The notes: a model not told the origin generated them from the letters alone. A stretch of DNA of 64,000 nucleotides from Blepharisma stoltei ATCC 30299 (GCA_965603825.1 CBFDEM010000022.1:124001-188000); one strand, 5' to 3'; positions 11,534 through 23,236 are shown, counted from the first letter of the stretch. Made by a program: numbers and translations.

Positions 11534-12351
11534 TTAAGGCTTTTTAGGTGTATTAAAATAATTAGTAGCCAAAGATGAATAAGCAGTTTGGCATACATTT
11601 GATAAGCAAGGGAGTTATTTGAAGCTTTTTGGTAAAAATGATTTGTTTGTAATGAAGAAATAAGCAGTTTGGCATACATTTTGATAAGCAAGGGAGCTAT
11701 TTGAAGCTTTTTGGTAAAAATGATTTGTTTGTAATGAAGAAACTTGAGCTCTTCCTCATTGTTCCCATGACGCATTTGAAGAAGCTCTATTAGCGGCATC
11801 TTCAAGATCATGTATCAATGCTTTTATTATTGTATGCTAATTCACAATACAATTTTTCAGCTCATTTGCGCCATTAAGCGCAGCTACTTTAGCTTCATTA
11901 AATTTCCTCGCATCGGCAAGGCTTGCTACTTCTTTTAATATTTCTGCTCCTTTACACCGATAAAAGCTAACCATTACCTCTTCATTAACTTCAATATTAT
12001 CTCTTCCTTCATTGACAACCAAAATACCCAATTCAGCCTCAATTATTTTATTTTCTCCAGATTTTGATACATAGGAAATTCTTGCTTTGACAGGTTTAAT
12101 AATTTCGTTTTTAGGGACTCGATCAGTTGTTGGCGGAAATTTCAAGAGAAAAGCTAGCTTGCTTTATACAAAAAAATATTATATTATATTAATTGGATTG
12201 TCATTTATTAATATTGTAAAGAAAATAACTTTTTAAGAATGTTGAATTAAATGGAGGATGAGTCTTTTATGTTACCTGCAAAGACTTGAGGCATTGAGAA
12301 TGAATCGCCATTTTCTGAATACACTTTATGCAAGTGAAAAGGAATACTGCA
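11534..12351 (-). pseudogene. Decayed 3' fragment of the vWA gene at 15199-17748
   Basis: Homologous to 15199-15834; GAG>TAG at 11837-11839, ~81-bp internal tandem duplication, ~104-bp insertion, small deletions, no 5' part. Confidence 0.88.
11580..11742. repeat. Two-copy tandem repeat (about 81 bp)
   Basis: taagcagtttggcatacattt...tttgtaatgaagaaa occurs twice here and once in the paralogous region near 15245-15330. Confidence 0.9.
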
Positions 12352-12462
12352 TCTTCTATATGTGTAATTATTATTTAATTTGCTGTGCGATTACATTTTT
12401 TAAAAATAATTTCTTCATTTATCAAAAAATCCACTATATGCAATTTGATTAAATTTGTCTTA

Positions 12463-15400
12463 ATTAAGATCCGAAATAGTCAGCAGCTTTATCAGAATAA
12501 GCATCTTGATAGCTATTTTTATAAATCTGCACATTATTTGAAGCTTTCTGATAAAAATGGCTAGCCTGAACTGAAACAACTTGAGCTCTTCCACCTTTAT
12601 CCCAATTATTCTTCGAAGAAGCTCTTTTTGAAGCATCTTCAAGATCGTGTATCAAAGCTTGAACAATTACATGATCTTTTATTCACAAAGCCCTAAACTC
12701 TTCTGCAGCTTTGCGCGCAACTCTGCTAGCTTCTTTATAATAACGATTATCAGCAAGGTTTATAACATTGCGAAGGATTTCTGCACCTTTGCATCTATAA
12801 TAATTCGCCAAAACATCTCCATTAGCTTCATTCTTTTTATTTCCATTGCCTTCGCTTGTTACTAAAATGTTTAAATCAATTTCAGTAGTTTTATTTTCAC
12901 CTGATTTATTTATACTTACCTTGATGGGTCTTATAATTTCATTACTTTTCCTTTCCCCAGTATATGGTGGGAAATTTAGCACAAAAACCAAGTCTTTGCT
13001 GTCATCAGTTAAAAGAAGAGGCACTTTATACTGGTTTTTTCCATTTTCTGAGTATACCTTTGAAATGCTAAAAGGTACGCTGCATGGTTGAGGAATTAAT
13101 TCAACTTCAAGTGCTTCAAAAGTTGATGTAGCCAAATCACCTAAGCAAGTTGCAAATGCTTCTGCTATATCTTCAGGCTTTTCTATATAATAGAAATTGC
13201 CATTATTGAGGCTAGAAATTTCTTGCATCATTTTTGAGTCATGATCTGTCCCATAGCCAAATGTATGAATGAAGTATGGCCCTTTTATCATTGATTTAAA
13301 TTTATAAGAAAATTGCTTTACATTCTCTAATGTTAGAGACGGATCTTTTCCATCACTCAGTATTAAAATGGCTGTAGTCCTGCTAACTATTTCTTGTTCA
13401 CTTGCGATTGATAAACCTTTTTCAAGCCCAGAATGCATAATTGTATCGCCGTGAGCAGTCATTTGCTTTATCTTATTTGCGATTTTAATCTTTCCTTCCT
13501 CATTAGCTTCAGTTAACCCAATCACTATACGTGCTGTTGAATTAAAAGCAACGATGCTAAGCCTATCAGAGTCATTCAAAAGAGTAAGCAAAAAATTTAA
13601 TGTTTTTTTTGTTAAATCAAATTTCCCCCGACTATGCATACTTCCACTATTATCAACAATACAAATGATGTCAAGTTTTTGTCTATCAATTTTGACATCT
13701 ACAACTTTTTGATTCATGCCTTTTAATGAAATCATGCATGGAATTTCTTGTTCTATATCCTTTAATTCCAAATAGTCATATAAAAAATTAGTTGATATTT
13801 CGACTGAAGTTAAATTTTGACCCTCAGTCTTATTTACTGTGAAGTTCTCAGTTATTTTGTTTTTAAAGCATGATGCAGATGGAATAAAAAATATTTTGCT
13901 GCTTACCCATTGGGATGCTTGAAAATAATGATTTATAATGAAATCATTTCTTTTGAAAATTGCATTAAAAATTCCAAAAGTGCATAGATATAGGCTTTTA
14001 CATTCATTTGAAAATTCATCACTGTAAATCCAAGAGCTGATGTTTGTAACTGAATAAATTATGACTAAACAAACTATAGCCTTAGCAAGCCAGACATTTA
14101 CTAATCTAATGATTATGGTTTCAACATTTTGAAAAAAGTAAGTGTAAAGAGCAAGTAAGACAAATAAATTGAAATATACTGGATGCGCGTTTATACCAAG
14201 CATTATAACTGTTAGGCAGCCTGCAGATTGCCACATATCAAAAATTCTGAAAATTGATGTGCTCTTAACAATGCATCTTCATATTCTTTGAAAAATTGAA
14301 TGCTCCGGGTTCCGTTCGCACCATTTTCTAAGAATAGTTGCACAGCCATGTTTGATAGAGATAAATACCACTATAACAGTACATAGCTCGAAAAGGATAA
14401 TGAGAGATCCTCTAGTCAAAATACTAAAATAAATACAAAATCCCTGAAAATCGAACTTATTGCTTGAAATCACAAATATCTCAAATAGTTGTATAAAAAT
14501 AAACGAGAATGTAAATAAGAAAGTCAAGAACTTTCTGAGAGCGATAATAATTTTTATTGTTTTTTGATGCACAAAGCATATATCTAAAACTAAAATGGGA
14601 TAGAAAAAATGATTGAAAGTAAACCCAAGCCATCATATTGTTAAATAGCCAATGCAATGCCAAAATTCGGTTATCCTGACAATATACATTATAGTGATAC
14701 ATAATTGATGTAAAAAACTTATACATATCACTGAGCCTGAAGTGCCTCTTTGGGAAGATTGAGCTCTTTGCCAAAATGTAATGATCATGGAAGGACACCT
14801 TAGAATCAAAAACATTAAAAGAATTGAAATGCAGCACCAAATATTTATTTTCCCAATCCAATAAATGAAATAAGCGATTTGCTCCTTTTGAAAATCTCAA
14901 TTTTGATAAATAGAAGTGGACAAAAAGCTTATATTGGGAAAAATCTCAAAGTCTAAACAAATTGATAAAATGACCATGAAGTTCACTACAAGTGCAAAGC
15001 ACAATGATAGGGACCTTAACATCTTTATGTCAGCTGACAGCATTTCATTGCGCAATATTTCCCTCTCATTATGCATATAAAGCTGTTCTTGACTTGGCAT
15101 TTTAATTTTATAAATCTATAAAATAATAAGACCTAATAAAATAGAAAATTTGATTAAATTCAGATTATGTAGAATTATTTCGATTTAAAATAATGAGATT
15201 AATGCGTTTTAGGTGTATTAAAATAATTAGTAGCCAAAGATGAATAAGCAGTTTGGCATACATTTTGATAAGCAAGGGAGTTATTTGAAGCTTTTTGGCA
15301 AAAATGATTTGCTTGTAATGAAGAAACTTGAGCTCTTCCTCCTTGCTCCCATGACGCATTTGAAGAAGCTCTATTAGCAGCATCTTCAAGATCATGTATC

Positions 15401-15834
15401 AATGCCTTTACTATTGTATGCTCATTCACAATACAATTTTTCAGCTCATTTGCGCCATTAAGCGCAGCTACTTTAGCTTCATTAAATTTCCTCGCTTCGG
15501 CAAGACTTGCTACTTCTTTTAATATTTCTGCTCCTTTACATCTATAAAAGTTAACCATTACGTCTTCATTAACTTCAATATCATCTCTTCCTTCATTGAC
15601 AACCAAAATACTCAATTCAGCCTCAATTATTTTATTTTCTCCTGATTTTGATACATAGGAAATTCTTGCTTTGACAGGTTTAATAATTTCGTTTTCAGGG
15701 ACTCGATCAGTTGTTGGTGGAAATTTCAATAGAAAAACTGAGTCTTTTTTGTTACCTGCAAAGACTTGAGGCATTGTGAAATGAGTGTCGCCATTTTCTG
15801 AATACACTTTATGCAAGTGAAAAGGAATATTGCA
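12463..15834. repeat. Tandem segmental duplication, copy 2
   Basis: Homologous to 8790-12351. Confidence 0.95.
12464..15100 (-). CDS. Multi-pass membrane protein (IP3R/RyR-channel-like segments) fused to a vWA (MIDAS) domain (878 aa)
   Basis: Five same-frame ORFs separated only by TGA; N-terminal ~420 aa hydrophobic; vWA motifs DIICIVDNSGSM, RLSIVAF, LILSDG, IHTFGYG, GNFYYIE. Confidence 0.85.
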
Positions 15835-17748
15835 CTCTTGAGTGCTTAATGCTACTTCGACTTTATCTGCAACTAAAGAAACAAGCTCTCCAAGACAGTT
15901 TGCAAAAGCTTCAGCTATATCTTTTGGGTTTTCCACATAATAAAAATTCCCATTATTTGCTTTTGCAATTTCTTGCATAGCTCTTGCATTATGATCCCTG
16001 CCATATCCAAAAGTATGAACTGTAAATGCACCTTTAATTGAGGCTGTTGACTGATTAGAGCATAATATTGCTCTTTCTTCAACTGTATTATTTTCATTAT
16101 ACAATATTTCTCTTTCTACAACTGCATTATTTTCATTATACAATATTTCTCTTTCTACAACTGCATTATTTTCATTATACAATATTTCTTTTTCTACAAC
16201 TGCATTATAGTCATTATCACATCCATCTGTTAATAACAATACTGATGTGACTTGGTTTACAATTCTTCGATTGATTGCAACATCAAAGCCTTTTTGAAGC
16301 CCTGAGACAATATTTGTGCCTCCAATGACTTGCATCGACCTAATAGCTTTTTCTACCTCTATTTTCCCTGTTTCATTTATAGCTGTCAGTTTAATGATTT
16401 TACTTGAACTATCAGAAAAAATAACAATGCTAACTCTGTCATTGCCATTTAATAGCGTAAGCATAAACTCCAAAGTTTTCTTTACCAAATCAAGCTTATC
16501 ACCTCCCATACTTCCACTCACGTCTACTACACAGATTAAGTCAAGCCCTGCCCTGTTTCTTTGGAGTTCTGTCATTTCCATGTTTGAGCCTGTCAGTGAA
16601 AGTGTGCAAGGGATTTCTTGTTCTGTGTCTTTTAATTCTAGATAATTGAATAGAAAATTCATAGAAGCGGTGACTGAGCCTTCTGAAGTTTTTGTTTCTT
16701 CTGTTATTGGCTTTATTTGGATGTCGTCATCATCAAGTATCAATGGTAAGTCTTCAGGGATATATCTGCTTGAACTAAACACACTATTCATTGGATAAGA
16801 AGGGATCTGAACTGATTGACTGAGTGGCATAAGACTTTGGGGCTGGTATTGCATTGGAGGTTGAGGCTGCTGATATAACATAGGCATTGTTTGAGAATTG
16901 CTAATTGGGTTGTGACTATATTGTTGCGGCTTATATTCCATAGTTGGCTGAACATTGCTAATTGGGATGCTACTATATTGAGGCTGCTGATATGGCACAG
17001 GTCCTTGCTGAGGGAAGATGCCATATTGAGGTTGTCCTGGTGGAATCTGATATTGAGGTTGAGGCTGCTGATATGGCACAGGTCTTAGCTGAGAATTGCT
17101 AATAGGTAAGCTACTATATTGAGGCTGTACTGGTGGCATCTGATATTGAGGCTGAGGCTGCTGATATGGCACAGGTCTTGGCTGAGCATTGCTAATAGGG
17201 TAGCTACTATATTGAGGCTGTCCTGGTGACATCTGATATTGAGATTGATAGTTTGGAATTGGAAAACTTTGAAGTTGCGGTTGCTGAACTTGAGAAATAG
17301 GAGATAATTTACTATTTTGAGGCTGTCCTGGTGTTTGGAACTGCACTTGTTGGGCTTTCATTTGTTGGATTTGTTGGATTTGATGCATTTGATGCGGTTG
17401 AGCTTGCTGAAAATATTGCATTTGTATAGGAGCATTCTGGGGCTGGTAATTTTGTATATGATTTTGTTGAAACTGAGGAGTTTGCACTTGGCCTTGGTTG
17501 GATACCACAGGATTAAAAGATTGTGAGTAATTATTTGAGCTCTGTGAAATCGGAATTGAAGGTGAATTAGTGTCATCAAGAATCATGCGATCACTATCTT
17601 GATTTTGGAATAAATTCTGAGTAGGCTGAGTAGGGTGAGTAGGCCAATTAGGGGGAGTAGGCTGAGTAGGCCAAGTAGGGGGAGTAGGCTGAGTAGGTTG
17701 AGTAGGCTGATAAGTCTTTTTTAGGCTGTTGGAGGAGTTATATGACAT
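15199..17748 (-). CDS. vWA (MIDAS) domain protein with long P/Q-rich repetitive N-terminus (849 aa)
   Basis: DLICVVDVSGSM, GGTNI, LLLTDG, VHTFGYG; Vwaint-like C-terminal region; no C-terminal Hint domain seen. Confidence 0.9.
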   Translation of the reverse strand: MSYNSSNSLKKTYQPTQPTQPTPPTWPTQPTPPNWPTHPTQPTQNLFQNQDSDRMILDDTNSPSIPISQSSNNYSQSFNPVVSNQGQVQTPQFQQNHIQNYQPQNAPIQMQYFQQAQPHQMHQIQQIQQMKAQQVQFQTPGQPQNSKLSPISQVQQPQLQSFPIPNYQSQYQMSPGQPQYSSYPISNAQPRPVPYQQPQPQYQMPPVQPQYSSLPISNSQLRPVPYQQPQPQYQIPPGQPQYGIFPQQGPVPYQQPQYSSIPISNVQPTMEYKPQQYSHNPISNSQTMPMLYQQPQPPMQYQPQSLMPLSQSVQIPSYPMNSVFSSSRYIPEDLPLILDDDDIQIKPITEETKTSEGSVTASMNFLFNYLELKDTEQEIPCTLSLTGSNMEMTELQRNRAGLDLICVVDVSGSMGGDKLDLVKKTLEFMLTLLNGNDRVSIVIFSDSSSKIIKLTAINETGKIEVEKAIRSMQVIGGTNIVSGLQKGFDVAINRRIVNQVTSVLLLTDGCDNDYNAVVEKEILYNENNAVVEREILYNENNAVVEREILYNENNTVEERAILCSNQSTASIKGAFTVHTFGYGRDHNARAMQEIAKANNGNFYYVENPKDIAEAFANCLGELVSLVADKVEVALSTQECNIPFHLHKVYSENGDTHFTMPQVFAGNKKDSVFLLKFPPTTDRVPENEIIKPVKARISYVSKSGENKIIEAELSILVVNEGRDDIEVNEDVMVNFYRCKGAEILKEVASLAEARKFNEAKVAALNGANELKNCIVNEHTIVKALIHDLEDAANRASSNASWEQGGRAQVSSLQANHFCQKASNNSLAYQNVCQTAYSSLATNYFNTPKTH
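16070..16210. repeat. In-frame 39-nt tandem repeat (about 3.5 copies) inside the vWA domain
   Basis: Unit ttctacaactgcattattttcattatacaatatttctct encodes YNENNAVVEREIL. Confidence 0.92.
16860..17245. repeat. Degenerate coding repeats (QPQYSSxPISNxQxRPVPYQQPQPQYQxPP)
   Basis: Repeated tattgaggctg / ctgatatggcacaggtc / ttgctaat blocks, best units about 90 nt. Confidence 0.8.
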
Positions 17749-18028
17749 CAGTTACTATATTAAATTTATAAATGTGTAGATCATAATTAAAAATTTTATT
17801 GGTTTAATTAATAATTACTTGTCAAAAAATCTCAATGCCATATCACATAAGTATTTTTGAGCTTTATTCAAATATCTTCTGATTTTTCGATTAATAAATA
17901 ATTTGAAATAACCATAATAAAAAATATAGAAGCTTCCTGCCAACATAATCTATATTTCACAATTTACTAAATCCCATGTGATAAAAACTCAAAAGATTTT
18001 GTGTTATATTTTTATATTAATAATCGAA

Positions 18029-19558
18029 TTATTTGGGTAAGTTTTGAGCTGCTTCTGGGCCTTTCTTTTTCTTTTTCTTCTTTTTCTTCTTCGCAGCCTC
18101 AGGTGCTTGCCCAGGAACCAGCTCTTCTACCACCGGCTGCGGCTTTTGATGAACAAAAGCAGGCTGAGATTGAGACTTCCCAATATTTACAGGTGCAGTG
18201 TGCCCAAGTGAGTCTTTCACAGCTTTAAATCTCTCCGCAAAGTTCGACGACGATCCAGGAGGCTTATATACTTTTTTCTCAGGTGCTGCTTCTCTTTTCC
18301 TCGGTGTCAAAGGTCTATCTTGAAAAGCCCCAGGACAATTTCTCCATTGTACATCATACAAATCATTCTGTGCATTGACTGTGATCAATTGTTCTCCGGT
18401 GTACTTATAGATCGAGTATCCATTATCCACCCTCATTCTTGGGCATAAAGTCGCTGCCACAAACATTCTTCCGCATGGGGCCCATTCACAATACACAGTT
18501 GTAGCTGCTCTGCAAGTTCCTACAACTGTCAAAGTGTTTCTCTCATAAACTTCAATGTCTCCTTGCAAATTCCCAAACCCAGCGATTAAAAACAAGCTTC
18601 CAAACGAGTTCCATCTGATGGTGTTCCTGTGGTGCTTGGCGAGTTCTTTTACTTTGCCTCCTGAGCCTTTGAAAAGTGTGGAGGTCGCTGGCATAAAACC
18701 ACTGATTACTATAAATTCATCAGTGGCTGGTGACCATTTTACGTCATGAATTGGACCTTCAGTAGTGCTGACACTTCTGGCTTCTTTGTCAGGGTATATA
18801 ATGAATAGAGAATGCTCGCCATAATAGCTTCGTCCAGTGGAATCTACGTCTGTTTGGCACCATGCTATAGCTTTATTCCCAAATTTGTTCCAATGGAAAG
18901 TGGTGTCTTGTACCTTTGTGATAGGTGTCTGGTTAAGCTTTCTAAATACTGATCCAGAAAGGGTAAATAAGGAGACTGATGCTGTTTCGCCTCGCTGCTC
19001 ATTGGTATAGACAACTACTCTGGTAGGATTCACAGGACTGACTGAGAAATGAGCAGCTCGAGTTTCTGATAAAACAGCTATAGGCTGAGGCTCAGGGATC
19101 TGGTAAAGCTGGAGCTCTTGGTTGTTTCTCCTCAAAAAATAGTCACAGTTTGGAGTAAAAACCACTGTCGGCCAAAGCTCTTTAAGAGATTTCTTTTGCG
19201 AGAAAGAATAGATCGCTTGCCCGGTAGCCAAATTCCACACAAAAAGGTTGGGATTGTTTTCAACCTGTTTTTCCCAAGTGACAAGGTATCTTTCACATTG
19301 GGAAAAGTGCAGAAGCTGGATTCCTGTGTTGGGAGTCGTCATAATCACTGTATGAGTCTGAGCATTGAGCACTGAAAGACCTTGATCCTCAGTCGCACAT
19401 GCAAGTTTGGATCCAGATGGCGAGTAGAGGGCCATAGTGCAGGGTGAAGCATAAGCAATCTGTTCTTGGCGAGGAAGACCACGAACAGCAAGGAGAGAAG
19501 TTCCTGAACGGCAGAGCAGTTCATGGCTCTCTTGCTTGGTCTCTTCTGTTGGCTCCAT
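18029..19558 (-). CDS. EIF2A: Translation initiation factor 2A (WD40)
   Basis: DVDSTGRSYYGE, GPIHDVKWSP, AGFGNLQG, PRMRVDNG, YKPPG. Confidence 0.92.
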   Translation of the reverse strand: MEPTEETKQESHELLCRSGTSLLAVRGLPRQEQIAYASPCTMALYSPSGSKLACATEDQGLSVLNAQTHTVIMTTPNTGIQLLHFSQCERYLVTWEKQVENNPNLFVWNLATGQAIYSFSQKKSLKELWPTVVFTPNCDYFLRRNNQELQLYQIPEPQPIAVLSETRAAHFSVSPVNPTRVVVYTNEQRGETASVSLFTLSGSVFRKLNQTPITKVQDTTFHWNKFGNKAIAWCQTDVDSTGRSYYGEHSLFIIYPDKEARSVSTTEGPIHDVKWSPATDEFIVISGFMPATSTLFKGSGGKVKELAKHHRNTIRWNSFGSLFLIAGFGNLQGDIEVYERNTLTVVGTCRAATTVYCEWAPCGRMFVAATLCPRMRVDNGYSIYKYTGEQLITVNAQNDLYDVQWRNCPGAFQDRPLTPRKREAAPEKKVYKPPGSSSNFAERFKAVKDSLGHTAPVNIGKSQSQPAFVHQKPQPVVEELVPGQAPEAAKKKKKKKKKKGPEAAQNLPK

Positions 19559-20427
19559 TTAAGTCTAGTAATAGATGGGTTCTTAAATTGTCGTAGTGAA
19601 ATGGGGATTAAATAAAAATTGATAGGAATAAGAAAAGTGTGAAGGATTTGGGGAGTTGGGATTTGGAAAAATTTTTTAAAAAAATGTGAATTTTTGAAAG
19701 AAATTAAATGTGAATTTTATGAATTATTAATAGATATAGGCTTAAATCAAAAATTTTGCATTTCTTTGGCTATATTTAAGTCTTATTTTTATTTGATTTT
19801 AGCAAAAAAATAGCTGTGTATCTGAATGCGACTTTATAAGTGAGTGTTCATTTGGCTATACAGCTTAGATTATCTTTAATAGATAAATATCAGTTTATTG
19901 TCAAAGATGTAATAAAATCATAACTGCTTATAACAAATATATGAATATTGGAATATTTAGCATTTATTATATATATTTACACTCATTTTTGCATTCTCTA
20001 TTTTAAGTTGCCTCTACAGTCAAAGATTTTCTTATGTGAAGCTTATTCATATAATTTAAAATTAAAATGTAATAAATTTACTTTACATGCCATGAGCTAT
20101 CAAATACGTCTTTTGAATTCATAACTATTCTCCTTTAAACATCCAATAAATTGAAACCTCTTCATCTAAAAATCCCAAGTCAAGACCTAAATTTATAATT
20201 CATTTCTCTCCACTTAATATTTTATAAAATTTCGAATCCTTTTTTATAATACTCCATTTATTTCTTCAATAAATTCCTCCATCTACTCAAATTATCTTCC
20301 CCAATTAATAATTACAATTTACTGTCTCAACCTCTAAACTTTTTTTCAATGCTTAAAATAATCCTTTACAATATTTTAATACTAAAAGATCTTACTAGTA
20401 AAACAGAAACCATGGCCAATACTAAAT

Positions 20428-21738
20428 ATGTTTGAGATTCCAAGACATAAACGCTCTGAAACACACCCAATTAGCCCTTCATCTTCAAAGGGCTTATCAC
20501 TTTCCCCCACAAATGTAATGCCTAGAAGTCGAATTATGCGTGACATTCAAACAATGAGAAAAGTCTCGTCAAGAGGCACTTTAACAAACCCAAAAGTGGC
20601 TTGGGTTGAAGAAAAACCTAAAGTAATAAGGATTACAAAATCCCGCAGTAACCGTCCAAGCCCAGAATCTAATGTCAGAAGTCGCAAACTTCCACGGCTT
20701 TTAATACCTGATCAGCTATTATTAGAAGAGCAAAAAAAATTGCCATTCACTCCTTCAGGTACCCTTATAGGAGATTCTAAGTCAAAACCATCCAGTGCCA
20801 AAAAAAGGACGGCAAGTATGATTTCTCCTCCTATATCGCCTATATATGCAAGCGTAACAAATATAGTCACTCGCTGTGCTTATAAAACCAGGGCTGGAAG
20901 CATGATGGGGAGGCCAAAAAAATATAACCAGGATGCCTTTGTTATTCAACCTCTTTTGCAAGGTATCAAAGGGCAATATCTTTTTGCTGTATGTGACGGA
21001 CATGGGGTTTTTGGACATGAAGTCTCAGGATTTCTAAAAGAAAAACTCCCAATTGCAGTAGAACAAGGACTTCCTGAGAATGACTCACAAATAAATCTAT
21101 ATGCTCAGGCTTTAGTAAATGGAATATTAACTGTAGAGAGACTTGTCCAGGAAAGTATGATTAATGCAGAGTTCTCTGGAAGCACACTTGTATCACTTTT
21201 TATCAGAGGATCTTCAATAATATGCGGAAATGTAGGAGATTCCAGAGCAGTTTTAGCACAAAAGTATGAAAATGCATGAAATACTGTAGATTTATCAAGA
21301 GATCATAAGCCTGATCTACCTGATGAAAGTGCGAGAATAATAAGGGCTAATGGAAGAATTGAGCCTTATTATGATGATAATGGACAGCCTTTAGGCCCAT
21401 ACAGAGTATGACTTCATGACCAACAAATTCCTGGCTTGGCTATGTCTAGATCTATTGGTGATCTAGTCGCAAAATCAGTTGGGGTTTCAGCTGAGCCAGA
21501 AATCGTCATAAGAAAGCTAGAACCACAAGATAAATTCATTATACTGGCTTCTGATGGAGTATGGGAATTCATAAGTAGTCAAGAAGCTGTAGATATCGTA
21601 AAAGAATCCTGAGAATCAGGCAAAACAGAAGCCTGCTGTGATAGACTGGTCAAAGAAGCAGTCATCAGATGGCAAAAAGAAGACGAGTCAATTGACGACA
21701 TCACAGTCATTGTGATTTTTTTAAATGTTTTAAATTAA
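20428..21738 (+). CDS. PP2C (PPM) protein phosphatase with basic Ser-rich N-terminal extension (436 aa)
   Basis: NQD, VCDGHG, SGST, NVGDSRAV, LSRDHKP, RV[W], GLAMSRSIGD, ASDGVWE, DDITV; three TGA=Trp; TAA at 21736-21738. Confidence 0.93.
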
Positions 21739-21855
21739 TGTGCCATTAACCCTTAATTTCTAAAAAAAGAATAAATAGTGCGGTTTCTTAACTTGAAGAT
21801 TTCTTTCAAATCCATTTTTACTTTATTTCAAGATTATTATATTCATTTAAATTAG

Positions 21856-23139
21856 ATGTTGAAAATTGCTAATGATTCCAAAGCCAAAAATCTCCCCAAA
21901 CCTATCGTCTCTAGTAGACTTCCCAAGGCTTTTTCACAGCCTATCAAGAAAATGAAGAAAAAAGACTTCGAAGAAATTTCTGAGGCTGAAGAATACAAAA
22001 AAATGAAAAACCTTCTGTCACCTATAAAGGTGATGCCGACCGAGCACGCAAAACTTACAAAAGCTTTAAAGCAGCTTGAAAAACTTCCTGGCAAGCAAGA
22101 AAACAGCGATCTGTATGAGCCGTTTTCTAAGGCAAGAAACCAGGGACAAATAATCCTTCCACAGTGCCAAGTGCAGCTTGAAGAAATGATAACGCTTTCA
22201 AGCCTAAATTCTCAGTCACTCAATGGAAACATCCGCAAGGTGCTTCATGCCCAAACCTTAGAACTTTTTGCAATTAAGCAAATCCCAATCAGCACCCGTG
22301 ATGAAAGAGCTCATCTCAGGGATTGAATCGGAAAATGGCAAAATGCCCAACAAAGGCATAAAAAACTGCTAAAAGTAAGCGCAACTTTTTGGAACTCCCC
22401 TGAAGGAGTTGTTAGTGTTGTTATGGAATATATGCCAGGGGGAAGCTTGAAAAATTTAATAGACACATGTGGAAGCTTACCAGAACGGCAGGTTTCATTT
22501 ATTGCTAAAAAAGTGCTGGAGTGCCTTAAGTATTTCCATGGAAAAGGAGAAACATATGGAGGAATTTCTACTTCTCAAGTGCTCTTTACGAAATCTGGAT
22601 CTATTAAGTTTGGATTAGGATTGTCGCAGAGGCTACGGACCAAAGTTCCTTCTGTTGCAGCTGATATTTATTCTATTGGACTTTTAGTTTTGAATTCTGT
22701 TATTGGGGACTCTGACTTGATACCTTCTACTCCAAGCGAATGCTGCGCTTTTCATTCTATTGATCCAAATCCAATGATAAATAGACTCACACCTATTATT
22801 AAAGATTTTCTGTGCTTGTGCTTAAATGAAAATAGCAGCAAAAGGCCAACTGCACAGGAGCTATTGAAGCATGAATGGCTAAACTTAGAAAATTACCCAG
22901 GGCCATCTGTGGAATTAAAAGAGGTGATTGCAATTAATTATTATTTTGGGTCTGGAGAATATTTAGAAGCGGCTGATAAATTATTGGAAAGAGTCTGCGA
23001 AGCTCTGAAAGTAGTTATATTAGGCCAGCATCTTTCTAAGCCTGGGGATATAGCAATCCAGCAATTTGCAACTGATCTTGGCTTGCCATACACAACAGTA
23101 AATGAAAAAATTAGCAAAGTTTATACCGAAAACTTTTAA
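21856..23139 (+). CDS. STE/MEK-like protein kinase fold, probable pseudokinase (427 aa)
   Basis: Two same-frame ORFs joined over TGA; FAIKQI, MEYMPGGSL, DIYSIG, RPTAQELLKHEW; HRD and DFG missing. Confidence 0.8.
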
Positions 23140-23236
23140 GTTTTGATATATGAATCGTAAATATTTCTATAGAATAATTTTAAATAAGTATAATTGCCAA
23201 CAAATCTCCAATAAGGCAAGAATCCAATGAAATTTA

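Larger units (their letters stand above)
8790..12351. repeat. Tandem segmental duplication, copy 1 (period about 3.67 kb)
   Basis: Near-identical to 12463-15834, including the intergenic DNA (11436-11530 vs 15101-15195). Confidence 0.95.

Noticed and set aside
12155-12258. Retained IES or MITE
   Set aside because: No TA at both ends, no terminal inverted repeats and no target-site duplication visible.
16070-16210. 39-nt repeats as a CRISPR array
   Set aside because: Contiguous in-frame coding repeats with no spacers and no cas genes.
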